From Candidatus Latescibacterota bacterium (GTDB lineage: Bacteria; Latescibacterota; UBA2968; UBA8231): a stretch of DNA of 64,000 bases. Numbering within the stretch: the first letter of the stretch is position 1; the number at the start of each line of letters is the position of its first letter. The notes below the pieces were generated by a model. It made no database searches. It worked only from the letters and a program-made list of their open reading frames with translations, and had not been told where the DNA came from. Below, piece after piece: positions 1 to 9,570 of the stretch. Position numbers and translations under genes: made by a program. The DNA is taken from positions 672,001 through 736,000 of the forward strand of contig CBDCSU010000004.1 of assembly GCA_965221775.1 (NCBI GenBank). The letters run 5' to 3'.

Positions 1-5
1 TGATC

Positions 6-500
6 ATGGCCCACGTGACCGCCTTCTACGACGACTACCGCGCCGCGGGCGGCGAGTTCTTCGCCTACCCCGACTTCTTCACCTTCCAGCGCTCCCCCGG
101 GACCGCCAACTACTCGATGCTCGACATCTGGCCGAATCACAAGAACGTCTCCATCGGCCCCGCGCCCGGCGACTGCGTCGACGCCGTGACCGACCGCGCC
201 GTCGACGTGCTCCTCGTGCCCGAGGGCGGGACCGGCGAGCCGGAGCTGCAGCCGGTACAGGAAGCCGCCCTGCGCCGCCTGGTGCGCGACTGCTACCTCT
301 ACGGCCCCGGCGGCGGCGTCGACGACGCGGACCTGACCGTCTCCTGTCCGCGGGACCCGGTGGCCGGATGGATGGAGAGCGTGCGCTCCAGCCTCGACGG
401 CGGGAACGGCGGCGGGAGTCCGGCCGAGGAGGACGGGTCCGAGGTCATCAGCCAGTCCTACCGCCGTCTCACTCTCGACCAGGCGCTGGCCCGCCTGTAG
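6..500 (+). CDS. hypothetical protein (may extend past the window edge)
   Basis: 164 aa ORF with normal amino-acid composition and GC3-rich codons; stop lies 5 nt before the next start; the frame is open to the window edge. Confidence 0.7.
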   Translation: MAHVTAFYDDYRAAGGEFFAYPDFFTFQRSPGTANYSMLDIWPNHKNVSIGPAPGDCVDAVTDRAVDVLLVPEGGTGEPELQPVQEAALRRLVRDCYLYGPGGGVDDADLTVSCPRDPVAGWMESVRSSLDGGNGGGSPAEEDGSEVISQSYRRLTLDQALARL

Positions 501-505
501 CCCCG

Positions 506-2989
506 GTGGCCTCCGTCCTCCACCCGCCCGGGCTGCTCAAGCGCTTGCGCGCCGACGACGGGGTCCGCGCCCGCGCCGAGGAGCGCGCCCGGCCCTGGGG
601 CGGATACTCCCTCGACGATCTGTGGTCGATGGTCTTCGGCCCCCGGATCACGCGCTCGTGGATGGTGTGGTCCGACGGCGACTGCCCGGCCTGCCGCCGG
701 CCGGTGAACATGTACGCCTGGCAGATCGACCCCTTCGCCGAGCCGTGGAAGCTGCGCTGCCCCCACTGCGGAGAGCGGTTCCCGAAGAACGACTTCGCCG
801 CCTTCCACGAGTCCGGCCTCGACGAGGCGGGTCTCTTCGATCCGGACCGCGCCGACCGCGGACTGCTGTTCAACGCCGACCACCCGGACCCGGGGGACCC
901 GCTGCGGAGCTTAGGCGTCGACGATGGCGGCGGCTTCCCCGGCGACGGCGGGCGCTGGCGGTTCATCGGCACCTGGCTGGTCTACGGCCAGTGGAAGGGG
1001 CTCATCGTCGACGGCGTCGAGCGGCTGGCGGCGGCGTACGCGGCCACCGGCGATCCGGGGTACGCCCGCAAGGCGGGAGTGCTCCTCGACCGCGTGGCCG
1101 ACGTCTATCCCGCCTTCGACTTCGGCGAGCAGGCCATCCTCTACGAGAAGAAGGCCGACCGCGGCTACGTGTCGACCTGGCACGACGCCTGCGAGGAGGC
1201 GCAGCGGCTGGTCCTGGGGTACGACCAGGTGCGGCCGGCGCTGCTCGACGACGAGGAGTTCGCCGCCTTCGTGAGGGAGAAGGCCGGGCGCTGGCAGGTC
1301 CCCTCGCCGAAGGACTCGGGCGTGGAGATCTGCGCCCACATCGAGTCCCGCATCCTGCGCGACACCCTGGAGAACACGCCGAAGATCCAGTCGAACTTCC
1401 CCACCACCGACGTGGCCGGCCTCCTGATCCGCACGGTGCTGGGGGGGCGCGGCGGCCTGGAGGAGGTGTACGCTCTGCTCGACGAGGTGATCGAGAAGGC
1501 CACCCGCGTCGACGGCCTGACCGGCGAGAAGGGGATGGCCGGGTACGCGGCGATCTCCCCGCGAACGCTGGCCCGGTGCCTGTCGCTCTTCGCCCGCGCC
1601 GACGGCGCCTTCCTGCCCCGCCTGCTGGAGCGCCACCCGTCCCTCGGCCGCCACTGGCGGTTCCACGTGGACGCGTGGGTGGGGCAGCGGTTCTACCCCA
1701 ACATCGGCGACAGCGGCGCCGCCGGGGGCGGCCACCCCGCCTACTGCGGCGCCGTCTTCGACCGCGGCGGCGGCGATCCCCTGGCGCCCTCGGCCTTCAC
1801 CTTCTTCCAGCAGCTGCACGAGGCCACCGGCGACGCCGCCTTCTCCCAGGTCCTGCACCACGCCAACGGCGGCACCGTGGAGGGCCTCCCCCACGACCCG
1901 GGACACCCGGACCCGGCCGGGTTCCGCCGCGCCGTGGAGCAGGTCCTAGACGACCACGGCCCGCGGCCGGAGACGGGCTCCTTCAACCGGCCCCACTGGG
2001 GGCTGGCGGTGCTGCGCTCGGGGGACGACCGCCGCGCGCCGACGGTCTGGCTCGACACCGACTCCGGCGCCCCGGACAGCATCTACGGCCCGGCGAACCC
2101 CTCCGTGAGGGGACGCGGCGCCCACGGCCACGCCGACGGCATGAACCTCGGCCTCTACTACCGCGGCGTCGACCTGATGGTCGATCTCGGCTATCCCCCC
2201 GTGAACTACGGCGGCTGGGACTCCGCCCAGGCCGAGTGGTACCGGCGCACGGCGAGCCACAACACGGTCTGCGTCGACGGCCTCGACCAGGCGACGGCGG
2301 CCAGCGACACCCTCTGGTGGCTCGACGGGGACGAGGTGCGGGGGATCTGCGCCTCCTCGCCCGGCATGGTCGACGGCGGCCGCTTCGAGCGCACCCTGGT
2401 CCTGGTCAACACCGGCGCGGAGGACGCCTACCTCGTGGACGTGCACCGGGTGCGCGGCGGCGGCGACCACGCCCGCTTCCTGCACGCCGCCTTCGGGAGC
2501 CTGACCACCGACGGCCTGCGGACGGTGCCCGCGGAGGACTACGGCCACGGCACCCTGATGCGGGACTTCCGCGTCGACCCGGGCCCGGCCGAGGGCTGGA
2601 CCGCCGAGTGGCGGGTCGACGACGTGTACGGCCTGGCCCCGCCCGGGGCCGACCTGCGCCTGCGCTACACCGACGTGAGCCGCGGGCCGGCGGCGGGCAC
2701 CTGCGAGGGCTTCGCCCTCGTCGGCGACTACGGCGACCGCAACGAGCGCTGGCTCCCCCGCCTCGTGCAGCGGCACCGGGGCGAGGCGCCCCTGACCTCG
2801 GTCTTCGCCGGCGTCCTGGAGCCCTGCGACGGGCCGCCCGCCGTGCGCGGCGTGCGCCGCCTCGACAGCGGCGGCGGCGCCGACGTGGACGAGCCCGTGG
2901 AGCTGGAGATTGCCCTCGCCGGCGGCGGGGTCGACCGGATCACCGTCGGCGTCGGGGACCGCGTGCGGGTCCGGAGGAGCCCGCCGTGA
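506..2989 (+). CDS. heparinase II/III-like (polysaccharide lyase) family protein with N-terminal CxxC...CxxC motif
   Basis: HGHADGMNL and TASHNTV motifs typical of Hepar_II_III; start moved to GTG 506, just after the upstream stop; GTGA overlap with next gene. Confidence 0.75.
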   Translation: MASVLHPPGLLKRLRADDGVRARAEERARPWGGYSLDDLWSMVFGPRITRSWMVWSDGDCPACRRPVNMYAWQIDPFAEPWKLRCPHCGERFPKNDFAAFHESGLDEAGLFDPDRADRGLLFNADHPDPGDPLRSLGVDDGGGFPGDGGRWRFIGTWLVYGQWKGLIVDGVERLAAAYAATGDPGYARKAGVLLDRVADVYPAFDFGEQAILYEKKADRGYVSTWHDACEEAQRLVLGYDQVRPALLDDEEFAAFVREKAGRWQVPSPKDSGVEICAHIESRILRDTLENTPKIQSNFPTTDVAGLLIRTVLGGRGGLEEVYALLDEVIEKATRVDGLTGEKGMAGYAAISPRTLARCLSLFARADGAFLPRLLERHPSLGRHWRFHVDAWVGQRFYPNIGDSGAAGGGHPAYCGAVFDRGGGDPLAPSAFTFFQQLHEATGDAAFSQVLHHANGGTVEGLPHDPGHPDPAGFRRAVEQVLDDHGPRPETGSFNRPHWGLAVLRSGDDRRAPTVWLDTDSGAPDSIYGPANPSVRGRGAHGHADGMNLGLYYRGVDLMVDLGYPPVNYGGWDSAQAEWYRRTASHNTVCVDGLDQATAASDTLWWLDGDEVRGICASSPGMVDGGRFERTLVLVNTGAEDAYLVDVHRVRGGGDHARFLHAAFGSLTTDGLRTVPAEDYGHGTLMRDFRVDPGPAEGWTAEWRVDDVYGLAPPGADLRLRYTDVSRGPAAGTCEGFALVGDYGDRNERWLPRLVQRHRGEAPLTSVFAGVLEPCDGPPAVRGVRRLDSGGGADVDEPVELEIALAGGGVDRITVGVGDRVRVRRSPP

Positions 2990-4794
2990 GCGCGGCCCCC
3001 GGCAGCACCGCCCGCGAGGCGGCCGAGCGCCTGGCCGACGGCCTCTACCCGCACCAGGTGGAGGGCCTCGCCTTCCTCCTCGGCCGGCGGCGGTCGATCC
3101 TGGCCGACGACATGGGCCTGGGCAAGACCCGCCAGTCGGTCCTCGCCCTGGTCCACGCCGAGCCGCGGGGCCCCTGGCTGGTGGTCTGCCCCGCCTCGGT
3201 CAAGCGCAACTGGGAGCGCGAGATCCGCCTCGTCCTGCCGGACGCGGCCACCCGCGTCGCCGGGCCGGCGCCGGTGCCGGAGCCCGGCTTCCGCGGCTGG
3301 GTGATCATCAACTACGACATCCTCAAGCGGACCTTCGACGACCTGCTGCGCCACGAGTGGCGGGGGCTGGTCTTCGACGAGGCCCACTACCTGAAGAACC
3401 ACACCTCCCAGCGCTCGAAGCTGTCGACGCGGCTCGTCGACCGCACCGCCGGCGACCCCATGGTCCACGCCCTCACGGGCACGCCGCTGACCAACCGGCC
3501 CCGGGACCTGTTCCCGCTGCTGCAGCTCGTCGACCACTCCCTGGGGCGCTCGTTCTTCGGCTTCGCCAAACGCTACTGCGCCGCCGAGAAGAACGACTAC
3601 GGCCACTGGATCACCTCCGGCGCCAGCAACGTCGAGGAGCTGGCCGTGCAGCTCCACGGCATCATGCTGCGGCGCAACAAGGACGAGGTCCTCGACCTGC
3701 CCCCCAAGGTGCGCTCCTGGATCGACGTCGACATACCCGAGAAGGCCCGGGAGGCCCTCGACGAGGCGGTGCGCGCCTTCCTCGGCGAGAATGGGGAGGC
3801 GCCCCAACGCGACACCCGGGGCCGGCGCATGGGGATCGGCATGCTCGCCTCGGCGCGCAAGCACATGGCCATCGCCAAGAGCCGCCACACCCTGGAGTAC
3901 GTGCAGGGCGCCGTCGACCAGGGCGAGAAGGTCCTCGTCTTCACCGGCTTCACCAACCCGGGCCGGCGGTTCATGCGCCACTTCGGGGACCAGGCCGTGG
4001 CGGTCACCGGCAAGACCCCGGTCAACCAGCGCCAGGAGCAGATCGACCGCTTCCAGGAGGACGAGTCGGTGCGCGTCTACGTGGGCCAGATCCACGCCGG
4101 CGGCACCGGCGTCAACCTGACGGCGGCGCGCCAGGTGGTGTTCAACGACCTCGACTGGGTGCCCGCCAACCACTGGCAGGCCGAGGACCGCGCCCACCGC
4201 ATCGGCCAAGGGGGCACGGTGAACGTGACCTACATGGTCGCACGCGGCACGATCGAGGAGTTCGTGCGCACCGTGCTGGAGAACAAGGCGCGCATCGTCG
4301 ACGAGCTGGTGGAGGGCCGCTCCCTCGGCGACCTCGACGCCGACGTGATGGGCGAGCTGCAGCGCATGCTCAGGAGGCTGGACGTGAGCGCCGACAGCCT
4401 GCGCGCCGGCGAGCACGGCCGCGAGCACCTGGCCGAGGTGCTGAGGGATGCCGGCGAGGAGTACATCCGCGAGCAGGGGGAACGCCTCGGGCCGGAGACG
4501 AAGGCCGCCCTCGTGCCGGTCTCGGAGGGGGCGATCCAGGCCCTGGCGGCGGTCCTGGCCGGCCCCCGGGAGCGGGTCTACCGCATCGCCAGCTCCCGCG
4601 ACCCGGGGGTGCGCTACACCCTCGAGGTGATCGGCGCCGACGTCACCTGCGACTGCCGCGGCTTCCACTACCGCGGCGCCTGCAGCCACGCCCGGACCCT
4701 GAAGGAGAGCCTGGTGGCCGGCGGTCCCGTGCCGCCGGCCTACGAACCGGTGGAGGCGGCCGCGGCCCCGGCGGAAGCCGCCTCCCCCTCATGA
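2986..4794 (+). CDS. SNF2-family (HARP/SMARCAL1-like) helicase with C-terminal SWIM zinc finger
   Basis: LADDMGLGKT, DEAH, LTGTP, QAEDRAHRIGQ; C-terminal CDC-x7-CSH; GTG 2986 overlaps upstream stop (the long N-terminal part of the ORF track is shadow frame). Confidence 0.9.
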   Translation: MSAAPGSTAREAAERLADGLYPHQVEGLAFLLGRRRSILADDMGLGKTRQSVLALVHAEPRGPWLVVCPASVKRNWEREIRLVLPDAATRVAGPAPVPEPGFRGWVIINYDILKRTFDDLLRHEWRGLVFDEAHYLKNHTSQRSKLSTRLVDRTAGDPMVHALTGTPLTNRPRDLFPLLQLVDHSLGRSFFGFAKRYCAAEKNDYGHWITSGASNVEELAVQLHGIMLRRNKDEVLDLPPKVRSWIDVDIPEKAREALDEAVRAFLGENGEAPQRDTRGRRMGIGMLASARKHMAIAKSRHTLEYVQGAVDQGEKVLVFTGFTNPGRRFMRHFGDQAVAVTGKTPVNQRQEQIDRFQEDESVRVYVGQIHAGGTGVNLTAARQVVFNDLDWVPANHWQAEDRAHRIGQGGTVNVTYMVARGTIEEFVRTVLENKARIVDELVEGRSLGDLDADVMGELQRMLRRLDVSADSLRAGEHGREHLAEVLRDAGEEYIREQGERLGPETKAALVPVSEGAIQALAAVLAGPRERVYRIASSRDPGVRYTLEVIGADVTCDCRGFHYRGACSHARTLKESLVAGGPVPPAYEPVEAAAAPAEAASPS

Positions 4795-4840
4795 TCCCGC
4801 CATCCCCCAGCCGCCGGCGCCGCCGGCGCACGGAGATCCC

Positions 4841-6196
4841 ATGACGACACTCGACGCCGCCGAGCTGAGACAGCTCGACGGAGACCACTGCTGGCATCCG
4901 CTGTTTCAGCACGGACCGCGAGGCTCCGACAACCCGCTCCTCGTCTTCGAGCGCGGCGAGGGCAGCACCCTCTACGACGCCGAGGGACGGGCCTATCTCG
5001 ACGCCGGCGGCGGGTTGTGGAACGTCAACGTCGGCTACGGCCGAGCGGAGATCTCCGAGGCCGCCTTCGAGCAGCTGCAGCGCCTGCCGTTCTACCCGCA
5101 CTCGCAGATCAACGAGCCGGCGGCGCGGCTGGCGGCGCGGCTGGCGGAGCGGCTGCCCGGAGGGCTGTCCCGCACCTTCTACACCAACAGCGGCTCCGAG
5201 GCCAACGAGACCGCCTTCAAGATCGCCCGCCAGTGCCAGCGCCAGCGCCACCCCGGGCAGAACCGCTACAAGATCCTGGCCCGCTACCAGGGCTACCACG
5301 GCTTCACCTTCGGGGCCCTGTCGGCCACCGGGCAGGTCGGACGCCGCCAGCCCTACGAGCCCCTGGTGCCCGGCTTCCTCCACGTCGATCCGCCCTACTG
5401 CTACCGCTGCCCCCTGAACCTGCGCTACCCGGAGTGCGGCCTCGCCTGCGTCGACGAGTTCGACGAGCTGATCCGCCGCGAGGGGCCGGAGACGGTGGCC
5501 GCCGTGGTCGTCGAGCCCGTCATCGGCGGCGGCGGCGTCATCGTGCCGCCCGACGACTACCTGCCCCGGCTGCGCCGGATCTGCGACCGCTACGAGGTGC
5601 TGCTGATCACCGACGAGGTGATCACCGGCTGGGGGCGCACGGGGCGGCTCTTCGCCTGCGAGCACTGGGGGGTGGTCCCCGACATCATGGTGCTGGCCAA
5701 GGGCATCACCTCCGGGTACCTGCCCCTGGGGGCGACGGTGGTGACCGAGGAGATCTTCGACGCCTTCCGCGGCGAGGCCGGCGACGGCCGCGAGTTCGCC
5801 CAGGTCTGCACCTACGGCGGCCACCCCGCCTGCTGCGCCGCGGCCCTGGCCAACATCGACATCCTCACCGGCGAGCGGCTGTGGGAGAGGTCCGCCGAGG
5901 TCGGGGCGAGTCTGCTGGAGGGCCTGAAGGGGCTCTCGTCGCCGGTGATCGGCGAGGTCCGCGGCCTCGGCCTGATGCTCGCCGTGGAGCTGGTGGACGA
6001 AAGCGGCGCCCTGCTCGACGCCGGGCGCACGGCGGCGGTGAAGGGGGCCCTGCGCGACGAGGGGGTGCTGGTGGGGCAGATGAGCCACGCCGTGCGCGGG
6101 CCCAACAGCGTCCTGACCCTGTCGCCGCCGCTGGTCCTGGGCCGGGACGAGGCGGACCGCATCGTCGAGGCCTTCGAGCGGGCCCTGCCCGGCTGA
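4841..6196 (+). CDS. class III PLP-dependent aminotransferase (omega-amine type)
   Basis: SGSEANE, YHG, DEVITGWGRTG, PDIMVLAKG; GGAG RBS upstream. Confidence 0.93.
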   Translation: MTTLDAAELRQLDGDHCWHPLFQHGPRGSDNPLLVFERGEGSTLYDAEGRAYLDAGGGLWNVNVGYGRAEISEAAFEQLQRLPFYPHSQINEPAARLAARLAERLPGGLSRTFYTNSGSEANETAFKIARQCQRQRHPGQNRYKILARYQGYHGFTFGALSATGQVGRRQPYEPLVPGFLHVDPPYCYRCPLNLRYPECGLACVDEFDELIRREGPETVAAVVVEPVIGGGGVIVPPDDYLPRLRRICDRYEVLLITDEVITGWGRTGRLFACEHWGVVPDIMVLAKGITSGYLPLGATVVTEEIFDAFRGEAGDGREFAQVCTYGGHPACCAAALANIDILTGERLWERSAEVGASLLEGLKGLSSPVIGEVRGLGLMLAVELVDESGALLDAGRTAAVKGALRDEGVLVGQMSHAVRGPNSVLTLSPPLVLGRDEADRIVEAFERALPG

Positions 6197-6212
6197 AGGC
6201 GGGACCCCCGAC

Positions 6213-6581
6213 TCAGGCGTAGCCCAGGGCCTCCAGCTGCTCCTCGTCGAAGCCCATGTAGTGGGCGATCTCGTGGACGAGGGTGATCTCCAGCTCCTCC
6301 TCCAGGTCGGCGAGGTCGGGGAAGTCATACTCCAGGGCGGCCTGGTAGATGCGGATCACGGCGGGCAGGTCGCCGGAGTCCTCCACCCGGCGCTCGGGCA
6401 GCGGCGTGCCGGAGAACAGGCCGTACACGTAGGTCTCCGGGTCGCCGTACATCTCGTCCATCAGCTCCCGTTCGGGCCAGTCCTCGACGATGACGGCGAG
6501 GTTGTCCATCGCCTCCCGGAAGGGCTCGGGGATGCGGGCCAGGGCGGCCTCCACCAGCGCCTCGAAGCGCTTGCGGTTCAC
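6213..6581 (-). CDS. Zincin_1 (DUF1025) minimal metallopeptidase
   Basis: TLVHEIAHYMGFDEE, GLFSG, FEALVEAAL pattern. Confidence 0.88.
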   Translation of the reverse strand: MNRKRFEALVEAALARIPEPFREAMDNLAVIVEDWPERELMDEMYGDPETYVYGLFSGTPLPERRVEDSGDLPAVIRIYQAALEYDFPDLADLEEELEITLVHEIAHYMGFDEEQLEALGYA

Positions 6582-6594
6582 GGCTTGTCCGGTC

Positions 6595-9333
6595 CTATCG
6601 CAGCAGGAGCATCCGCCGGCGCAGGTAGAGACCGCCGACGAAGAGCTCGCAGTAGTAGTAGCCGCTGGCCGCCCGCAGGCCGCGCTCGTCGCGGCCGTCC
6701 CACTCGATCTGGAACACCCCCGGCGCCGCCTCCTGGTCGAGCAGGCGGCGCACCAGGCCGCCGAGGAGGGTGCGCACCTCCAGGGTCATGGGGCCGCTGC
6801 CGCCGAGGGAGGCCGGCAGGGGGGGCACACTGAACTCGATCACCGTGGTCTCGATGAAGGGGTTCGGGTAGTTCTGGGCCAGCTCGAAGCCGACGGGCCG
6901 CCGCGGGTCGGAGTTGAGGAAGGGGTTCCAGTCCACCGGGCCCGCCATGCGGGTCTCGATCTCCCCGGCCTCGGCCGTTCCCCACCAGTTGCGCCGCGCG
7001 TCGATACGGTGGGGCGTGGTGTTGACCACCAGGACCCCGGCCTCGACGACGGTGTTGAGCTGCAGGCGCAGGGGCACCGGGAAGCCCTCGGCCACGACCA
7101 CCGTGTCGACCTGGGCGAAGCGGTTGCGCAGGATCCGGGGCGCCGCGTGGGTGGACCGCAGGGCCAGCCGGTAGCCGGCCAGGTCGTTGCCCTCCAGCAG
7201 CACGGCCTCGGTGCGGCGCAGGTGCAGACCCAGCCCGGACCCGGAGAAGCGGTTGCCGTTGATGGTTCCCCGGGCCCCGTTCGCCATCACCAGGTCGGGG
7301 CCGGCCGAACCGGGGCCGTTCTCCCGCAGGTCCGAACCGGAGAGAAGCAGGAAGCCGCCCTCGCAGACGAGCCCCTGTCCACAGTGGCGCACCGAGAGGT
7401 CGTCGGCCTCGACGGGGGCGCCGCCGCGGAGGGCGATCCCCGCGCCGCCGGCGCCGGTCACCTCGACGCCGTGGAGGCGGACCGGACCGTCGACGGACTC
7501 CAGGAGCAGACCCGTGGCCGCCGGGTGCCGGATCTCCACCCTCGACAGGTTCTGGTGGCGCCCCGCCCCCTGGATGGTCAGGCCGTCGGTGGCGTGCTCG
7601 ATGGCGACCTCGTGCAGGTCCAGGACGCCGCTGGCCGAGACCTGGATGCCTCCCCAGTCCCCGGGGGCCGGCTGCGCCGCGGCGGAGGCGAAGAGCACGG
7701 GGCCGGTGGTGGTCAGGACGCCGTCGACGACGATCTGCCCCCGGTCGGGGTCGGTGCCGGCGCCGAGGCCGTCGGGCCCGACGAGGACGACGGTGCCGGC
7801 CTCCATGTGCAGGGCGGAGCCCGCGGGGACGCGCACGTCGCCGACGATCTCCACCGTGTCCCGCCACACCAGGTCGCGGACCCGCCCCGCCCGCCTCGGG
7901 TCCTCCACGGTCAGGTCGGCGGCGAAGCCGTCGGCGGTGCGCCGGATGCGGTTGACGTTCACCCGGTTGAAGGCCGGATTGGTCAGCGGCGACAGCTCGG
8001 TGAAGCGGACCCCGTCGTAGGGGTCGGTGGCGTCGCCCAGGTTGCCGGCGTGGGTCTCGTTGTACCCGGCGTCGAGGGACCAGAAGTCGAGGTTGTCCCC
8101 GCCCAGGGACGCCGAGGGGCCGGTGCCGAGGGGAAAGCCGGCGTCGGTGTAGCGTCCGTCGGCGCAGACCAGGTCGACGAGCTTGCGCCGCTCCAGGTCG
8201 TTGCTGCCGGCGGCCTCCTGGACGTGCCAGATGAGCACCCCGCTGGCGGGCAGGTCGCGGTCGTAGTGGCTGCCCCCGGCGCCGCGGTGCTCCACCAGCA
8301 GGTACTCGCCGTCTTCCACCGGCAGCTCGTAGACCCTGCCGCCGCGGTTCACGTCGGCCAGCGGCGCCCCCTCCATGGAGCCGGTCACCCGCACGAGACG
8401 CTCGTTGTCCTGGCCCAGCCATCCGAGCTGCCTGAGGCTCCAGGCGCAGAACGGGTTGGGACCGCGGTTGCTGTCGTTCCATCCCCGGAGGCCGTGGGCC
8501 ATCAGCCCCCAGTAGCCGATGCCGCCGGAGTGGCGGTCCAGCTCCGAGGCCGGATCGTAGCGCCGCACGTCGAGATCGTAGAGGTCGGGCAGGCCGAGGA
8601 GGTGGCCGATCTCGTGGGCGATGATGCCGGCCGCCTCGCCGAAGCTGCGGCCCCGCTGCAGGGTCCCGCCGCCGTCGGCGTCGGCGCGGACGCGGATGGG
8701 GTGCCCCCCCCGGCCCGTGTCCGAGGTACGGAAGGCGGTGGCGAGCCCCAGGCTGGCGACGCCGTTGGCGTCTCCGCGGATGAACCCCGTCGGCGTGGAC
8801 TGCACCACGAGGAGCACGAGGTCCACGTAGCCGTCGTCGTCGCCGGAGTCCGGCACGAGGTCCGGACCGTCGTCGTCGAAACGGCGGAAGTCGACGCCGG
8901 GGTCGGCATCGGCGGCGGCGAGGATCTGGCGGCTGAAGTTGCCGAAGAGGCCCGAGTCCCCCGCCAGGTAGTCCGAGGCGGGACCGGTGGAGGTGTAGAC
9001 CTTCGGCAGAACCTCCCCCTGCAGCCGGAACTGGCCGTGGGACATCTCGTGGAAGAAGTGGGAGAGGCTGCCCGGCAGGCCGGGGTCGAAGAGATCGCCG
9101 GCCCAGGAGGGCGCCTCCGAGGGCCCTTCCTCGCCGCGGAAGCGGGCGAAGACGACCAGCGCCCGCAGGCGGCCCTTGGAGGGCAGGGAGGCCGCCGCCG
9201 GGCGCAGGGCGGGGTCGAGGGCGTGACCGGAGAGACCGGCCGGGGCCGGCGCCGGGGCCAGGAGGCCGCACCCCGGCAGGAGCAGGGCGAGACGGACGAA
9301 GGTGATCCTGCAGCGTTGCCGGCCGGGGCCCAT
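6595..9333 (-). CDS. secreted M6 (immune inhibitor A)-type metalloprotease with beta-helix region and FlgD-Ig/T9SS-type C-terminal domain
   Basis: HEIGHLLGLPDLYD, GIGYWGLM, EYLLVEHR, GVLIWHV; NWWG beta-helix end; LAQNYPNPF...WDGRD tail; ATG 9333 followed by signal-like hydrophobic stretch. Confidence 0.85.
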   Translation of the reverse strand: MGPGRQRCRITFVRLALLLPGCGLLAPAPAPAGLSGHALDPALRPAAASLPSKGRLRALVVFARFRGEEGPSEAPSWAGDLFDPGLPGSLSHFFHEMSHGQFRLQGEVLPKVYTSTGPASDYLAGDSGLFGNFSRQILAAADADPGVDFRRFDDDGPDLVPDSGDDDGYVDLVLLVVQSTPTGFIRGDANGVASLGLATAFRTSDTGRGGHPIRVRADADGGGTLQRGRSFGEAAGIIAHEIGHLLGLPDLYDLDVRRYDPASELDRHSGGIGYWGLMAHGLRGWNDSNRGPNPFCAWSLRQLGWLGQDNERLVRVTGSMEGAPLADVNRGGRVYELPVEDGEYLLVEHRGAGGSHYDRDLPASGVLIWHVQEAAGSNDLERRKLVDLVCADGRYTDAGFPLGTGPSASLGGDNLDFWSLDAGYNETHAGNLGDATDPYDGVRFTELSPLTNPAFNRVNVNRIRRTADGFAADLTVEDPRRAGRVRDLVWRDTVEIVGDVRVPAGSALHMEAGTVVLVGPDGLGAGTDPDRGQIVVDGVLTTTGPVLFASAAAQPAPGDWGGIQVSASGVLDLHEVAIEHATDGLTIQGAGRHQNLSRVEIRHPAATGLLLESVDGPVRLHGVEVTGAGGAGIALRGGAPVEADDLSVRHCGQGLVCEGGFLLLSGSDLRENGPGSAGPDLVMANGARGTINGNRFSGSGLGLHLRRTEAVLLEGNDLAGYRLALRSTHAAPRILRNRFAQVDTVVVAEGFPVPLRLQLNTVVEAGVLVVNTTPHRIDARRNWWGTAEAGEIETRMAGPVDWNPFLNSDPRRPVGFELAQNYPNPFIETTVIEFSVPPLPASLGGSGPMTLEVRTLLGGLVRRLLDQEAAPGVFQIEWDGRDERGLRAASGYYYCELFVGGLYLRRRMLLLR

Positions 9334-9570
9334 GGGCCTTAGACGAGCTGGGTCGAAGCGTGGTTCCGGGGGGCCTTGCCGAGCATGGGCAGCAACCCGA
9401 GGGCGACGGATCCGGCGAGCGGCGGGAGAGACGGGGAGTCGTCCCAATAAAGCCGGCCTCGCACTCGGCCGCGAGGGTTCCGCGGACTTTGACACGGGGA
9501 CGGTCCCCGGCTTCCTTCGGCGATGTCTGCAAACCCCATCATCTCCCGATTCTCACGGAAAGCAGGGATC

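Noticed and set aside
622-2985. Apparent 1390-aa helicase N-terminal extension (similarly 24938-26452 and 55227-56738)
   Set aside because: Shadow frame over the upstream gene; the true starts overlap the upstream stops (GTGA/ATGA)
9489-9530. TTGACA and GG..GC elements upstream of glnA as a sigma70 or sigma54 promoter
   Set aside because: No credible -10 at 17 nt; GG-GC spacing is 8 rather than 10
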